Shown here in pieces: positions 24,716-35,744 of a DNA stretch of 35,944 nucleotides. Source of the stretch: Octopus bimaculoides (taxonomy: Eukaryota); NCBI RefSeq assembly GCF_001194135.2, contig NC_069006.1:12495691-12531634 (forward strand). Direction: 5' to 3'. Position 1 is the first letter of the stretch; every line of letters starts with the position of its first letter. Made by a program: the position numbers and the translations under genes. The notes beneath the pieces were generated by a model, which was not told where the DNA came from, did not search any database, and was given only the letters and a program-made list of their open reading frames with translations.

Positions 24716-26401
24716 TTTCAGTCCAAATGAGTTTTCTATCCAAGATTTACATGTTCTTATTTATAGCTTTATTTACTGCGAGTTCCACAATGAACAATGG
24801 AGGGATGAATGGACAGACAGACAGACAGTCAGACAGACAGACAGACTGGTAGATGTGACAATAATATAACCTTTTTCCATATTTCTAATATTTGCTACAG
24901 CTTATCAATTGTTGATTTGATCAGTTGTATTTTGATGAGATATTTTCTTGTTTGGTAACAAGGCATTTCTTCTACCCACACATTCACTACAGTTGTAAAC
25001 AAGAAATCTTATAGATGGAAAGTTAGAGAATTTTATGCGTAAGAACCAAAAATAGTGTTAGGGTGAACTTTTGACTCCTGAACATAGACTAATAAATGGG
25101 GAATATAAACTGAGAAAGACTAGAAGAATGCAAAAAGTCTCTGAGATGGGAAAAATATTTCCAAATTATAAACAAACAACTCAACACTTGTGTATGTGTA
25201 TATGTGTATGTGTAAGAGAGTGTGTTTACATAGGTGTGTGCATGTGTGAATATGTATGTTGAAAATATAAACATGTTGAAAAGTCTGTGGGCTGAACTAG
25301 AAAGTTCTCATGTGGAAGGGTAGAGTAAGAGAAATTGTATAGCATTCTGGGAGAGAGAACTTTGGAACCGATACAGCATCCAGCTAGAGTGCTGAGAGGT
25401 GGAGAAGACAGATAGGGAAAGACAGAGAATGGAGATGTTGATGCCAGCAAGCTGTCAGACCAAATGTAACATTGTAAAGTTCAGTAGAGCCTATAGGAGT
25501 GTGTAAATCACATTTAATAAGGAACGAATGAGTTTACACAAACAGAATGTTATTGAAATGTTTTATGAAGACAGCAGAAGAATTTCTGAAGTGAAAACTT
25601 GCAAAGTAAATAATTCTAAAATTGTTGATTAGTAAATGTGGGTGTTTTGAAGGTAATTACCTACAGACTGGCAACAAACCAGTTCAACCATTGACTACAA
25701 AATTACATCAATGTATCAAATTGTATAATATCAAACTAAACAATAGAAGCTGTATGTGTAAACACCTGCTGCTCTAAGATGTTTTATCATCATCATCATC
25801 TTAACATCTACTTTTTCATGCTTGCATGGGTCGGATGGAATTTATTGAATCAAATTTTGTATGGCTGGATGCCTTACCTGTAGCCAACTCTCACATATTT
25901 CCAAGTAACACAGTATTTCCCCATGGCCAAACATGTTTCTAATGGAAGACTGGAAACAAACATCACTTGTATGACAACGATGCTTATTTACAACAATCAT
26001 GTGGTGTTTATACAAGGACACACACACACACACAGATGCATGTGCAATGGACTTCTCTCAATTTTCATGTATCAAATCTACTCACAAGGCTCTGATCATC
26101 CTAGATCTATGGTAGAAGACACTTGCCAAGAGAGCTATACAGTAGGACTGAACCCAAGAACAACATGGTTAGAAGCATGCTTCTGAACCACACATCCACG
26201 TCTATGCCATGTTTTGTTTTCTATTTATCTGAGTCAGATCTTTTGTAATATATTTATCTGTGGTGAATGGGTTAATATCCTTGAAAGCTAAGGATGGAGA
26301 AATGTGCATGGTCTCTTAAACTTGTAGAAGTAACAGCCAAATTTCTTTTGAATCACACACTATCTTTTTTAAAAAGGAAGGATGTGTTGGATAATGTAAC
26401 T

Positions 26402-26676
26402 GGGTCAGAAATGGCCTAGGGTTAAACATCAATGACAGCAACAAGGCATGATATATGAGACAATGTAGTTCTATACACACTGTGTCTGAATAAAAGGTGG
26501 GAAAGTCATGGCTGAAACATTTTTCATCAGAGGTCTACTGGATCAGAACTAACCTAAGCTTAAACACCAATGACAAGGAAGGGCACATTAGATAATGCAG
26601 GCCTACATACACTGTGTCTAAGTAAAAAATGGAGGGTCATAGCTGGAACATATCTGATCATGGTTCTACAGGATCA
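26402..26676. repeat. Two diverged tandem copies of a ~135-bp unit
   Basis: ttaaaca(t/c)caatgac at 26422 and 26560; acactgtgtct at 26477 and 26609; units end in ggatcag. Confidence 0.75.
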
Positions 26677-27787
26677 GGACCGACCTATGGCTAATTTCTC
26701 AAATTTTCTTTTTTTATAACATATAAATGTATTTATGGGGGAAATATATGGAAAAACATCAATACATGCAAGAGTGATAAAGAAACGAGAGGTTGTCTTT
26801 GGATGTGCAAGAAACAACAGCCAAATCTTTAAATCACTCACTTTTCCCTCTGAAAATATTTTAATTTCTTTTACCAAAAAGGCTCCTCCCATGGTTTTTA
26901 AGTGCAAAAAAAATTGGCCAAAATAGGTCCTGAGTAAGATGGTGAGGGATGGGGCAGAGTTGTAAAAAAAAATTTCCAAAACTTTTTCATATGCCCAACC
27001 CCATCATTTCGGAGGCTGTAATTTTTTTAAAAAATGGGAAAAATCCCCATCAAAACAGAGTAGTTCTAACTTACTTGGTCTTCCTGATCCAAAACTCCTC
27101 TCCCCACCCCTTTGGAAAAATTTTCCCTACAAATTTCTTTCTTTATAGCTGTAATCTATGCCGTTTGAAAGGGATTTCATTAAACGATATCCATTTTCCT
27201 GGATGTTATGAGGCAACAAATTTGGGGGCATATACATCTGTAGTAANNNNNNNNNNTCTCTCCACCCCCTCAGAAAAATTATTTCTCATAAATCCCTATA
27301 CACTCTGAAGCCACAACATCTAAGTGGGATTTGTTGAAAATTTTGTTAAAAAGTATCCATTTTCCTGGATGTTATGAGGCAACAAATTTGGGGGCATATA
27401 CATCTGTAGTAATGCCCCTCTATTTATACGATTTTTTCATTTAATGTTTATTTCATTAATTGTCTGAAATGTTCTTTCCCCCCCCCTCTCCCTCTCTCTC
27501 TCTACACACACACACACACTGCAAAGCTTGCTGATGGGCTGCTGAATTGAAAACTCTTGCTTTGAGAGGAAGGTAAAACCTGACAAACTGCTTTCCCCCC
27601 TCTGTTGTTGGACTACTGTGGTGTTTGTTTAAAAAGGAGATATTATGACTGTGATAAAATAATGAAAGCAATATTTACTAAGCAAGTGAGCACTATTATA
27701 CAAAGAAAGAAAGTAGATGTAGAATACCATAAAAATTATTAAAATTGGGAATCAAATGTGAAAATATTATCAAGTGGTTAACAGAAA

Positions 27788-27815
27788 ACCGCCCGGAAGG
27801 CGGTCTTTCTGCTAG
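27788..27815 (+). mobile_element. Helitron-type 3' terminus (GC hairpin + CTAG, followed by T); 5' end not located
   Basis: ACCGCC-cggaa-GGCGGT stem ends 11 nt before the terminal G of CTAG (27812-27815); T at 27816. Confidence 0.55.
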
Positions 27816-29044
27816 TCCTTATTTAATGTCCATTTTCTTTGCTGGCATGGGTTGGATGTTTGGCAGGGTCTAGCAAGCCACAGTGTCAGCTTTAGAACAG
27901 TTTGTATGGCCAAATGACCTTCCTAATTTCCAACTACTTTACAGTGTACACTTGGTGCTTTTTTCAAACACACCAGCACTAGTGAGGTTGCCAAACAACT
28001 TGAAAGACTGGAGAAAGAACAGGGAAACACTAATTGCTGTTGTACTTTGTCTGCAGAGAACAACTTCTTCTTTCAGACAAGGTGTACTCAAAATACACTT
28101 GATTTATTTCAATAAGCGGACAGTGAAACATAGTGATGTTTCAACCTCTCTTTGTCTTAATCAATTGTGTTGTGAACACACATTGTCTAAAAATTGTTCT
28201 CTGTAGACAAAATACAACAGTGATTAGCAGATTCATGTTTGAATCTAGTGGAACTTATATTTAGAATAAATATAGATGAGATTTTATTTTCTTGATTTTT
28301 GCAGTTCTCCATGCATTTGATGAATTATTACAAATTACTTGTTTCAGTCATTGAACTGCAGCCATGCTGGGTGGGGGCAGTCTTGAATGCTTTAATTGAA
28401 TAAACTGACGCCAATACTTATTCCTAAATTTGTTACTTATTCTAACATTCTCTTTTGGTGAACAACAAAGTTACAGGGATGTAAACAAACCAACACTGGT
28501 TGTCAACTGTTGGTAGGGAACAATCATAAAGGCACACACATATGGTGTGTTTCCACAGTCTCCCTTTACCAAATTCACTTTCAAGGCATTGGTTGACCCA
28601 GGCCTATACTAGGAGACACTTACCACACAGTGGAACTGAACCCAAAATCATGCAGTTGCTGAGTAAGCTTCTTAACCACACAGCCACGCTTGTGTCTATA
28701 TCAAACTTTCAAATACAAAATCTCTAACTCCTTCTCTGTCTTCCAACTACACCAAAGTGGGAGAGGGATTCTGTAAAGTGTCCTTCTTATAGGAAGGGAG
28801 ATCAGGTCAAAGATGACAGGAAATCTATGAAGGTTGACAATTGAAGAAGTGGTGAAGTCTGATCTCATAATAAACTTAATTAGTGAGTATACTAGGAAAC
28901 ACAAGTGTGAAACACTGTGCCAGAAAAGTCCTGACCAACCCATAGACAGGATTTGAAAAAACCTGGAAAAACAGTCATAAATATGGCCATGGCAATAATG
29001 ATGACAATGTCTCTTTCAAAGTCTTCCATTCTTTCTCACTACTC

Positions 29045-29460
29045 ACCTGAAGCAACAAGGTGTTCGAGTATCTGAGACTGGCGTTTATTAAATCACTCAG
29101 ACAACAAAGGGTTTGGTTCTCTGGGAGTTGTTTCTGAACTTATCTAAACAACAAGGAGTTCAGGTATTTGGGACTGTTGCTTGTAAAGTCACCTCAAAGA
29201 TGAGAGGTTTGGGTGTCTGGAAGTACTGTTTGTGAAATCTAAACAATATGGAGTACTGAAGTATCTTGCACCGGGGCTGTTGTCTGTGAAATTATCAAAA
29301 CAACAAATTGTGTGGGTATATGGAACTGTTGTTAAGGAAATCAATGAAACAATAAGTGGATTGGGTTTATGGGGTTGCTGTTTGTGAAACCATCTGAAGA
29401 AAGATATGGGGGTGGGTATCTAAGACTGTTGTTTGCGAAATCGTGTAAAGACTATGAGAT
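29045..29460. repeat. ~50-bp degenerate minisatellite, roughly 8 copies
   Basis: Recurring ctgttgtttgtgaaatcatct.aacaacaagg.gt..gggtatctgggact-like unit. Confidence 0.75.
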
Positions 29461-29479
29461 TTGTGTTGTTTTATCAAAC

Positions 29480-29690
29480 TTTTCATTATTTTCAAAATCA
29501 ATTGAAACAAAGTATTTCAACAGAAATATGGTAACAAAAGGGTTAAAGTGATCTAAATTAAAATCTTCGGTCAAAATTTATTATCAATTTATGTTGCAAA
29601 CACCATCTTAATAATGACAAAGTTATTTTACTGAGTTTTTCATTATTTTCAAAATTAATTGAAACAAAGTTTATAGATTTCACAAAAATG
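29480..29690. repeat. Direct repeat (period 157) containing a piggyBac-like end GGG-TTAA
   Basis: ttttcattattttcaaaat(c/t)aattgaaacaaagt at 29480-29513 and 29637-29670; ggtaacaaaaggg|ttaa at 29530-29546. Confidence 0.55.
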
Positions 29691-29826
29691 TGGTAAAAAA
29701 ATTATATTGAAAATATGTTGCAATATTTTGTTTTAAGATATATAAAGACTTCATTAAATAAGTGATTCACCTTCAAAGACAAAAATACAAAACACACCTG
29801 CAGACACATATCTTTGATTATTACAG

Positions 29827-29957
29827 GTAGAAAGTTTGATAAAACTGGTAATTTGAAACAATGGTGGAAGAATGAGACTATAGAGGCTTTTAATAAGAAG
29901 GCACAGTGTATGATAGACCAATATTCCAGTTTTGTCTTGAAGCAAGCTGGTTTAAAG
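29827..29957 (+). CDS. M13 peptidase exon (G)RKFDKTGNLKQWWKNETIEAFNKKAQCMIDQYSSFVLKQAGLK
   Basis: Acceptor attacag|, donor AAG|gtgagt; 131 nt; GNL..WW and C...QY motifs. Confidence 0.97.
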
Positions 29958-30249
29958 GTGAGTTTAATTTTGATTAGTTTAAAGGTAAGTTTAACAAAAT
30001 TGTTAATTTAATTTAATGAAGTTTTTTTTTTCCTACTTTAATAGAGATGTTAGACTTCTGTTTATGCATAGTTTGAGTCCATTATCTTCATCTGGCAGTG
30101 TTGATAGTGGTGGTATTATCATCCCTGCCATCATCAACATCACCATCATCACTACCATTATCACAAACATCCTCCTCCTCCTCACCATCATCATCATCAG
30201 CTTCATCATTTTTGTTATCTTTATCCCCGTAATTTACTCTATATTTCAG

Positions 30250-30315
30250 ATAAGAGGTATAAACACACTTGGAGAAAATATTGCCGACAATGGAGGTTTG
30301 AAACAAGCTTACCAG
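30250..30315 (+). CDS. M13 peptidase exon IRGINTLGENIADNGGLKQAYQ (third Zn ligand, ExxxD)
   Basis: Acceptor atttcag|, donor CAG|gtaaaa; 66 nt; TLGENIADNGG motif. Confidence 0.98.
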
Positions 30316-30754
30316 GTAAAAAAATTATCATTATTAAGGTGATGAACAGGCAGAGGCATGCTAATGCATGCTGAGCAAAAGGCTTAGCAGCATTTTGTCC
30401 ATCTTTGAGTTCAAATATTGCTGAGGTCAACTTTGCCTTTCATCCTTTCAGGATCAATAAAACAAGTACCAGCTGAACACTGGGGGTCAATGTAATCAAC
30501 TGACCCAACTCCCACGAAATTGCTGGCCTTGTGACAAAATTTAAGACCTTGCAGCAAGGCAGTGAGCTGGCAGAATCATTATAAAAATATAACCAAATTT
30601 GTTAAGCATCGATTGCTTATAGGGGCCCACTTGAGTAAAATAAGGATCAAAGGGACCCATAGGTAAAAAAAATTGTTGAGAACAACCGATCCATGGTCTA
30701 TCAACTGTGGATATCTATTTCTGTTCTCTAGTCTTCTGTTTCTATCCCAACCAG

Positions 30755-30850
30755 GCCTATCAACAGTGGGTCGCCGATCATGGGGCTGAACCACCATTAC
30801 CAGGGATCAACCTCACTCATGAACAACTGTTCTTTGTTAACTATGCACGG
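30755..30850 (+). CDS. M13 peptidase exon AYQQWVADHGAEPPLPGINLTHEQLFFVNYAR
   Basis: Acceptor ccaaccag|, donor CGG|gtaagt; 96 nt; LPG....QLFF motif. Confidence 0.96.
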
Positions 30851-31554
30851 GTAAGTCAAATTGTCTTTTTTTTTTTTTCCTTTTCTTTGTTCATTAACTA
30901 TGATTGATACATTAGAAACATTTTATTTAAAACAGGTTCAGGGTGGTTGTATAGTTGAGAAGTTTGCTTCCCAGCCATGTGGTCTCAAGTTCAGTCCTAC
31001 TGCACAGCACCTTGGGCAGGTGTCCTCTTCTATAGCTCTGGGCTAACCAAAGCCTTGCAAGTAGATTTGGTAAACAGAAACTGTATGGAAGCCCAATGTT
31101 TATGTACGTGTGTGTGTGTGTTTAACTTACATCTTCACCATTGGTTTAACATCCACTTTTCCATGCTTGCATGGATCAGACGGAATTTGTTGAGGCAGTT
31201 TTTCTATGGCTGGATACCCTTCCTGTTGCCAACCCTTACCTGTTTCCAAGCAAGGTAATATTTTCCATTATGTAAATATGTTTTACAAGGAAGATTAAAA
31301 ACAACATTTCTTGCATGATGTTGAAGCTCATTTACATCCATCACATGATGTCAAGACAAGAATACACACAAACACATACAAACACACACATATGACAATC
31401 TGCTTTCAGTTTCCATCTACCAAATATGTTCACAGGGCTTTGGTTGGCCCAGGGCTATAGTAAAACACACTTGCTCAATGTGCGAGGTGCTGGAACTGGA
31501 CCCAAAACTACAGGGTCAAAAAACAAGCTTCTTTACATAGCCATGTCGGGGCCA

Positions 31555-32363
31555 GAAACTGGCAGAATCACTCGCAGGTCAGACAAAATGCTAACATTTA
31601 TTTCTGGCTCTTTACACTGGATTCAAATTCAACTGATGTTGGCTTTACTTTTCATCCTTTCAGATTCAATAAAACAAGCACCAGTTGAACACTGGGGATT
31701 GATGTCTACTTCCCGCCTCAATATTCCAGGCCTTGTGCCTATAATAGAAAGAATAAAGGCAGGGGACAAGCAGAAACATGAGCATGTCAGACAAAATGCT
31801 TAGCAGCATTTCTTTTGGTTTTACATTGAAGTCAACTTTGCCTTTCATCACTTTCAGGGATGATCAAATAAATACCAGGGTTGATATAATTGACTAGCTC
31901 GCTACCCCAAAATTTCAGGCCCTGTTTCTGTAGAAGAATGAGTTAGTATTATTATTATCAAAGGGTCAAGCAGGCAGAATTATTACTACATCAGACAAAA
32001 ATGTTCAGCAGCATTTCTTTTGACCCTTTACATTCTGAATTCAAATTCCACTGAGGTCAACTTCATCTTTTCGGGGTCAATAAGTACCAGGTGAGCTCTG
32101 ATGTTGATGCAACTGGTTAACTCCCTCCCACTAAAAAATTGTTGGTTTTGCAGCAAAATTTGAAAGAAATATTATTAAAGGCAGAAAGATGGCAGAATCC
32201 TTAACACAGCATTTCTTCCAAATTGTGTTCATATTCTGCCAAGATCACCTTTGTCTTTCATCCTTTTGGGGCTTATAAAGTAGGTACCAAATGAACACTG
32301 GGATCAATGCAATTATCCCCTTCCACCAAAGATTCAGGCCTTGTGCTTATAATAGAAAGGGTG

Positions 32364-32414
<51 letters not shown>

Positions 32415-32640
32415 GCAGCAAGTTGGCAGAATTGTTAGTACGTGGGGCGAAAAACTTAGTGACATTTTGTCCATTTTTATGTTCTGAGTTCAAATTCTGC
32501 TGAGGTCGACTTTGCTTTTCATCCTTCTGGAGTCAATAAAATAAGTACCAGTTGAGCACTGGGGTCAATGTAATTGACTTACACCTCCCCCCAAATTTCA
32601 GGCCTTGTGCCTATAATAGAAAGGATTATTGTTGTTATTG
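31555..32640 (+). repeat. Head-to-tail array of five ~200-bp copies of a third SINE-like family
   Basis: Repeated ggcagaat...gttcaaatt...gaggtcaactttgcctttcatccttt...aagtaccag...ggccttgtg...(ATT)n units starting ~31555, 31760, 31960, 32177 and 32414; another copy at ~30345-30545. Confidence 0.8.
32363..32413. repeat. (TAT)n microsatellite forming the tail of a SINE copy
   Basis: Visible perfect trinucleotide run. Confidence 0.95.
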
Positions 32641-32768
32641 TTATTGAGAGAGAGAGATGAGGGAAGGATTTTGTGAATCTAAGACTTTTGGCATTAAATT
32701 GTATTAATTTTGAGTTACCAACAGAATGTAATGATTTAACAAACCTTGAATGTGTTTCTTATTCAAAG

Positions 32769-32845
32769 ATTTGGTGTGGAAAAATGAGAGATGAAGAAGC
32801 CCTAAACCAGATTAGGACCGAAGTACATAGTCCTGGACCAATAAG
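32769..32845 (+). CDS. M13 peptidase exon IWCGKMRDEEALNQIRTEVHSPGPI(R)
   Basis: Acceptor ttcaaag|, donor AG|gtacat; 77 nt; WC and HSPG motifs. The final exon is not found downstream within the window. Confidence 0.95.
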
Positions 32846-32924
32846 GTACATTACTGTCTGTCTATATTTACATTTGTATCAAGATCTACCAATAGATATC
32901 CATGTATTTGTCTATCTGCTAATA

Positions 32925-32948
32925 TCTATCTATCTATTTATCTCTCTG

Positions 32949-32999
<51 letters not shown>

Positions 33000-33130
33000 G
33001 CCTCTATCTTTCTATCTATCTATCTATCTATCTATCTGCCTCTATCTTTCTATCTATATCTGTCTATTTCTCTATCTACAAATATCTAAACCAATATCTG
33101 ACTGTCTACCAATATCTATCTACCTATTTA
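32925..33130. repeat. (TATC)n microsatellite
   Basis: Visible tetranucleotide run. Confidence 0.9.
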
Positions 33131-33325
33131 TCCCTCCAAGTTTCTATGTGTGAGTGTGCATATGTCAATCACTGCTACAGCCATGAGATATATCTGCCAA
33201 CCATAATTTCCCCAACTGCATACATCAATCATTTCTCTTTCCAGAGGTTTTCTCTTCTTCCCCTCCTGAATCCATCTGTCTTACTGTAGAATTTCTTGAG
33301 ATGAATATCACAAACTATAAAAAGG

Positions 33326-33379
<54 letters not shown>

Positions 33380-33449
33380 NNNNNNNNNNNNNNNNNNNNN
33401 NNNNNNNNNNNNNNNNNNNNNNNNNNNNNNNNNNNNNNNNNNNNNNNNN

Positions 33450-33486
<37 letters not shown>

Positions 33487-33488
33487 GG

Positions 33489-34725
33489 GAAGGGACATTC
33501 CTGGAGTTTTGGGTTTTTTCCAGGTGAGGCATTTATTAATTTTAAAGAAGTACAAAACTTTAATCTTCTTCAAAGCAGGGGCCTCTGGCTTCAATGCGCT
33601 TGTTGTTGTGCTCCAGCCACTTTGTGAAGGCCACATGGGAATCCTCCAAAGTGAAGGTGTCCAGGGCTTTTGTCACAGCTTCTTCCAGCTTCTCAATGTC
33701 TTCAGAACAACTGCCCCCGAGGTTCTCCTTCAATTTGGGGACCAACCAAAAGTCACAGGGAGCAAGATCTGGACTGTAGGGAGGGTAAGGGGCAGTTTAG
33801 ATGCCCATCTCTGTCAAGTAGTTGGTTACCAGGATAGAATTGTGGACTGGTGCATTGTTCTGGTGCAGGTTCCACTGAACAGAGTGGAAGCGTTCTGAAC
33901 TTTTGCAACAAAATCTCTTCCTGAACTCCCTCAAAACCTTCACAAGGTACTCCTTGTCAACCATCTGGCTGGATGGAACATAACAGATGTAGATGATGCT
34001 CTTGCAGACTTGATCATCATGAGCTTCCTGGTGGACTTGCTTTGCCTGGCCATCTTGGATCTGGGGGAGCCAGTATACTTCCATTGGACTCTTGGTTGCT
34101 AGATCATAGCAGTAGATCCAGCTTTTGTCACAGGTCATCAGAGACTCATGGCGGCTCTTCTTCTCTTCATCACTGAGCACCCTGGGAACAAACTTTGCAC
34201 AAATCTTGTATGTGGTCAGATCTTCTTGAATAATTCTGTGTACAACTGCTACACCAATTTGAAACTGTGTAATTATTGGCACACGATGATTTTCATCCAG
34301 AAAATTGTGAATTTTCCCAACCAGCTCTGACATTCTAATATCCCTCTCCCTCCCATTATCTCCTATGCTAGTGAAAAACAGATGCTCAGCTCATACAAGT
34401 TAATCCATAAGCAGTCTGAAGCATTTTGTAAGTTTCTGCAGCATTTTCCCCCAGTTTAACGCAAAGCATCATTGCATAGTGAGCTTCCAAATTGTCTTCA
34501 TGACCTGACAGCATTCAAGCAAACTAGTCGGCTGTGACAAGCAGTGTTTAGTAGGATGTGTTCAAAGTGCTGTTACAGCTATCTTCTTCAATCTGGAATT
34601 TAAAGAAAAATGCTAGCAGGTCAACTTATTAGACATATAGTAATGATATACTAAAATTACAGTATTCTTCAACAATTATAACTGCCTCTCCTAAAAAAGT
34701 TTCAAATCTTCTGGAATGCACCTCA
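33489..34725 (-). mobile_element. Decayed DD34D mariner transposon
   Basis: TCDKSWIYCYD, HQNNAPVH (catalytic D to N) and PPYSPDLAPCDFWL with 34-residue spacing; stops and frameshifts. Degenerate TIRs at ~33489-33519 and ~34694-34725; TA at 34726-34727. Confidence 0.88.
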
Positions 34726-34940
34726 TATGTGTGTGTGTTTGTGTGTGTACATACATACACAAATATTAAGTTCCACTAACCAGAAACTGACTCTAGACAG
34801 TAAATTCAGGAATCCAGATACATGCCCACTAGACCAAGTATTCATGGTTACCTCAGTTGTCTAAGAAGCTGAGGTTACTTCAAGTCTGCCAAGTAAGGAG
34901 CCTGAAAGAAGGTGGCTTGTAAAAGAGTGACTCCATCCTT

Positions 34941-35199
34941 CAGTCCTCTTTCAGGCACACAAACAAAAAGAATAGCTCAAAGCTTTCAAGCAATATCTGG
35001 AAGCTCCAAGACAGCAGTACACTGCAAAACATTAAGTGGAATATTTTGGAAAGATCAAAGCCATACATCACTGAACCAAAAAAATGTTGATCCTGTGACT
35101 GAACACACATACTCAAAGAACAGTATTAACAATCTAAACATGAGGTCAGAGATATTTACCAGGTGTATGTATCTTAACAAATTTCTGTTGTCAAGTTGG
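34941..35199 (+). mobile_element. Probable Penelope-like retroelement C-terminal (GIY-YIG region) fragment, frameshifted
   Basis: One frame reads QSSFRHTNKKNSSKLSSNIWKLQDSSTLQNIKWNILERSKPY...KC and another reads LNMRSEIFTRCMYLNKFLL. These resemble the remembered HxSSF..LS..IW.L..IKW.IL..PY..C..LNxRSE...CxxxNKF pattern. Confidence 0.55.
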
Positions 35200-35682
35200 A
35201 GGACACCTCACCATGTTAGACACACCTTTCTCTTATTTAAATAACCCTGCTAGCCATGGGTTTTGACATTTTCATAATGCTACACCTATACACTAAAAAA
35301 TTACACACTCATTAATGACATTTATTTATTTTCAAAGATAAAACATATTACATCACTCATCTCTATATCAGCATAAACAGTATTATTTCTTTACTTTGTT
35401 TTTTTTTTTTGACAAATCCCAGGCTTTGATTAAAGGGATTTAACTTAGCATTCAAGAACAAAATCATCCCTCTTTTCCTAAGAGCGTTTTTGTTTTTTGG
35501 TTTTTCCCCATTTTTTCCCACTTTTCCCACATATTCTCACTGAGCAGTCATGTTATATAAGCCTGAGTGATTACTGCATTGTACATGGTACACTTTATAA
35601 AAGTACAGTTGAATATTGTTCTTTTCAAGAATGAAAAGTTGAAGTAGCTCACCAATTACTTCTGTATTTATCAAATGATAAT

Positions 35683-35744
<62 letters not shown>

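Larger units (their letters stand above)
573..32845 (+). other. Partial multi-exon gene: M13-family zinc metalloendopeptidase (neprilysin/ECE/PHEX-like), 5' and 3' ends outside window
   Basis: Twelve GT-AG-bounded exons (one with its acceptor in a gap) join with matching phases into a neprilysin-like C-terminal ectodomain with VINAYY, VFPAGILQP, HEITH, GENIADNGG, IWC and HSPG motifs. Orthology cannot be assigned by eye. Confidence 0.97.

Noticed and set aside
27784-27810. Rho-independent terminator-like hairpin with T-rich tail
   Set aside because: Context is a spliceosomal intron in an animal genome; the Helitron 3' end explains it better.
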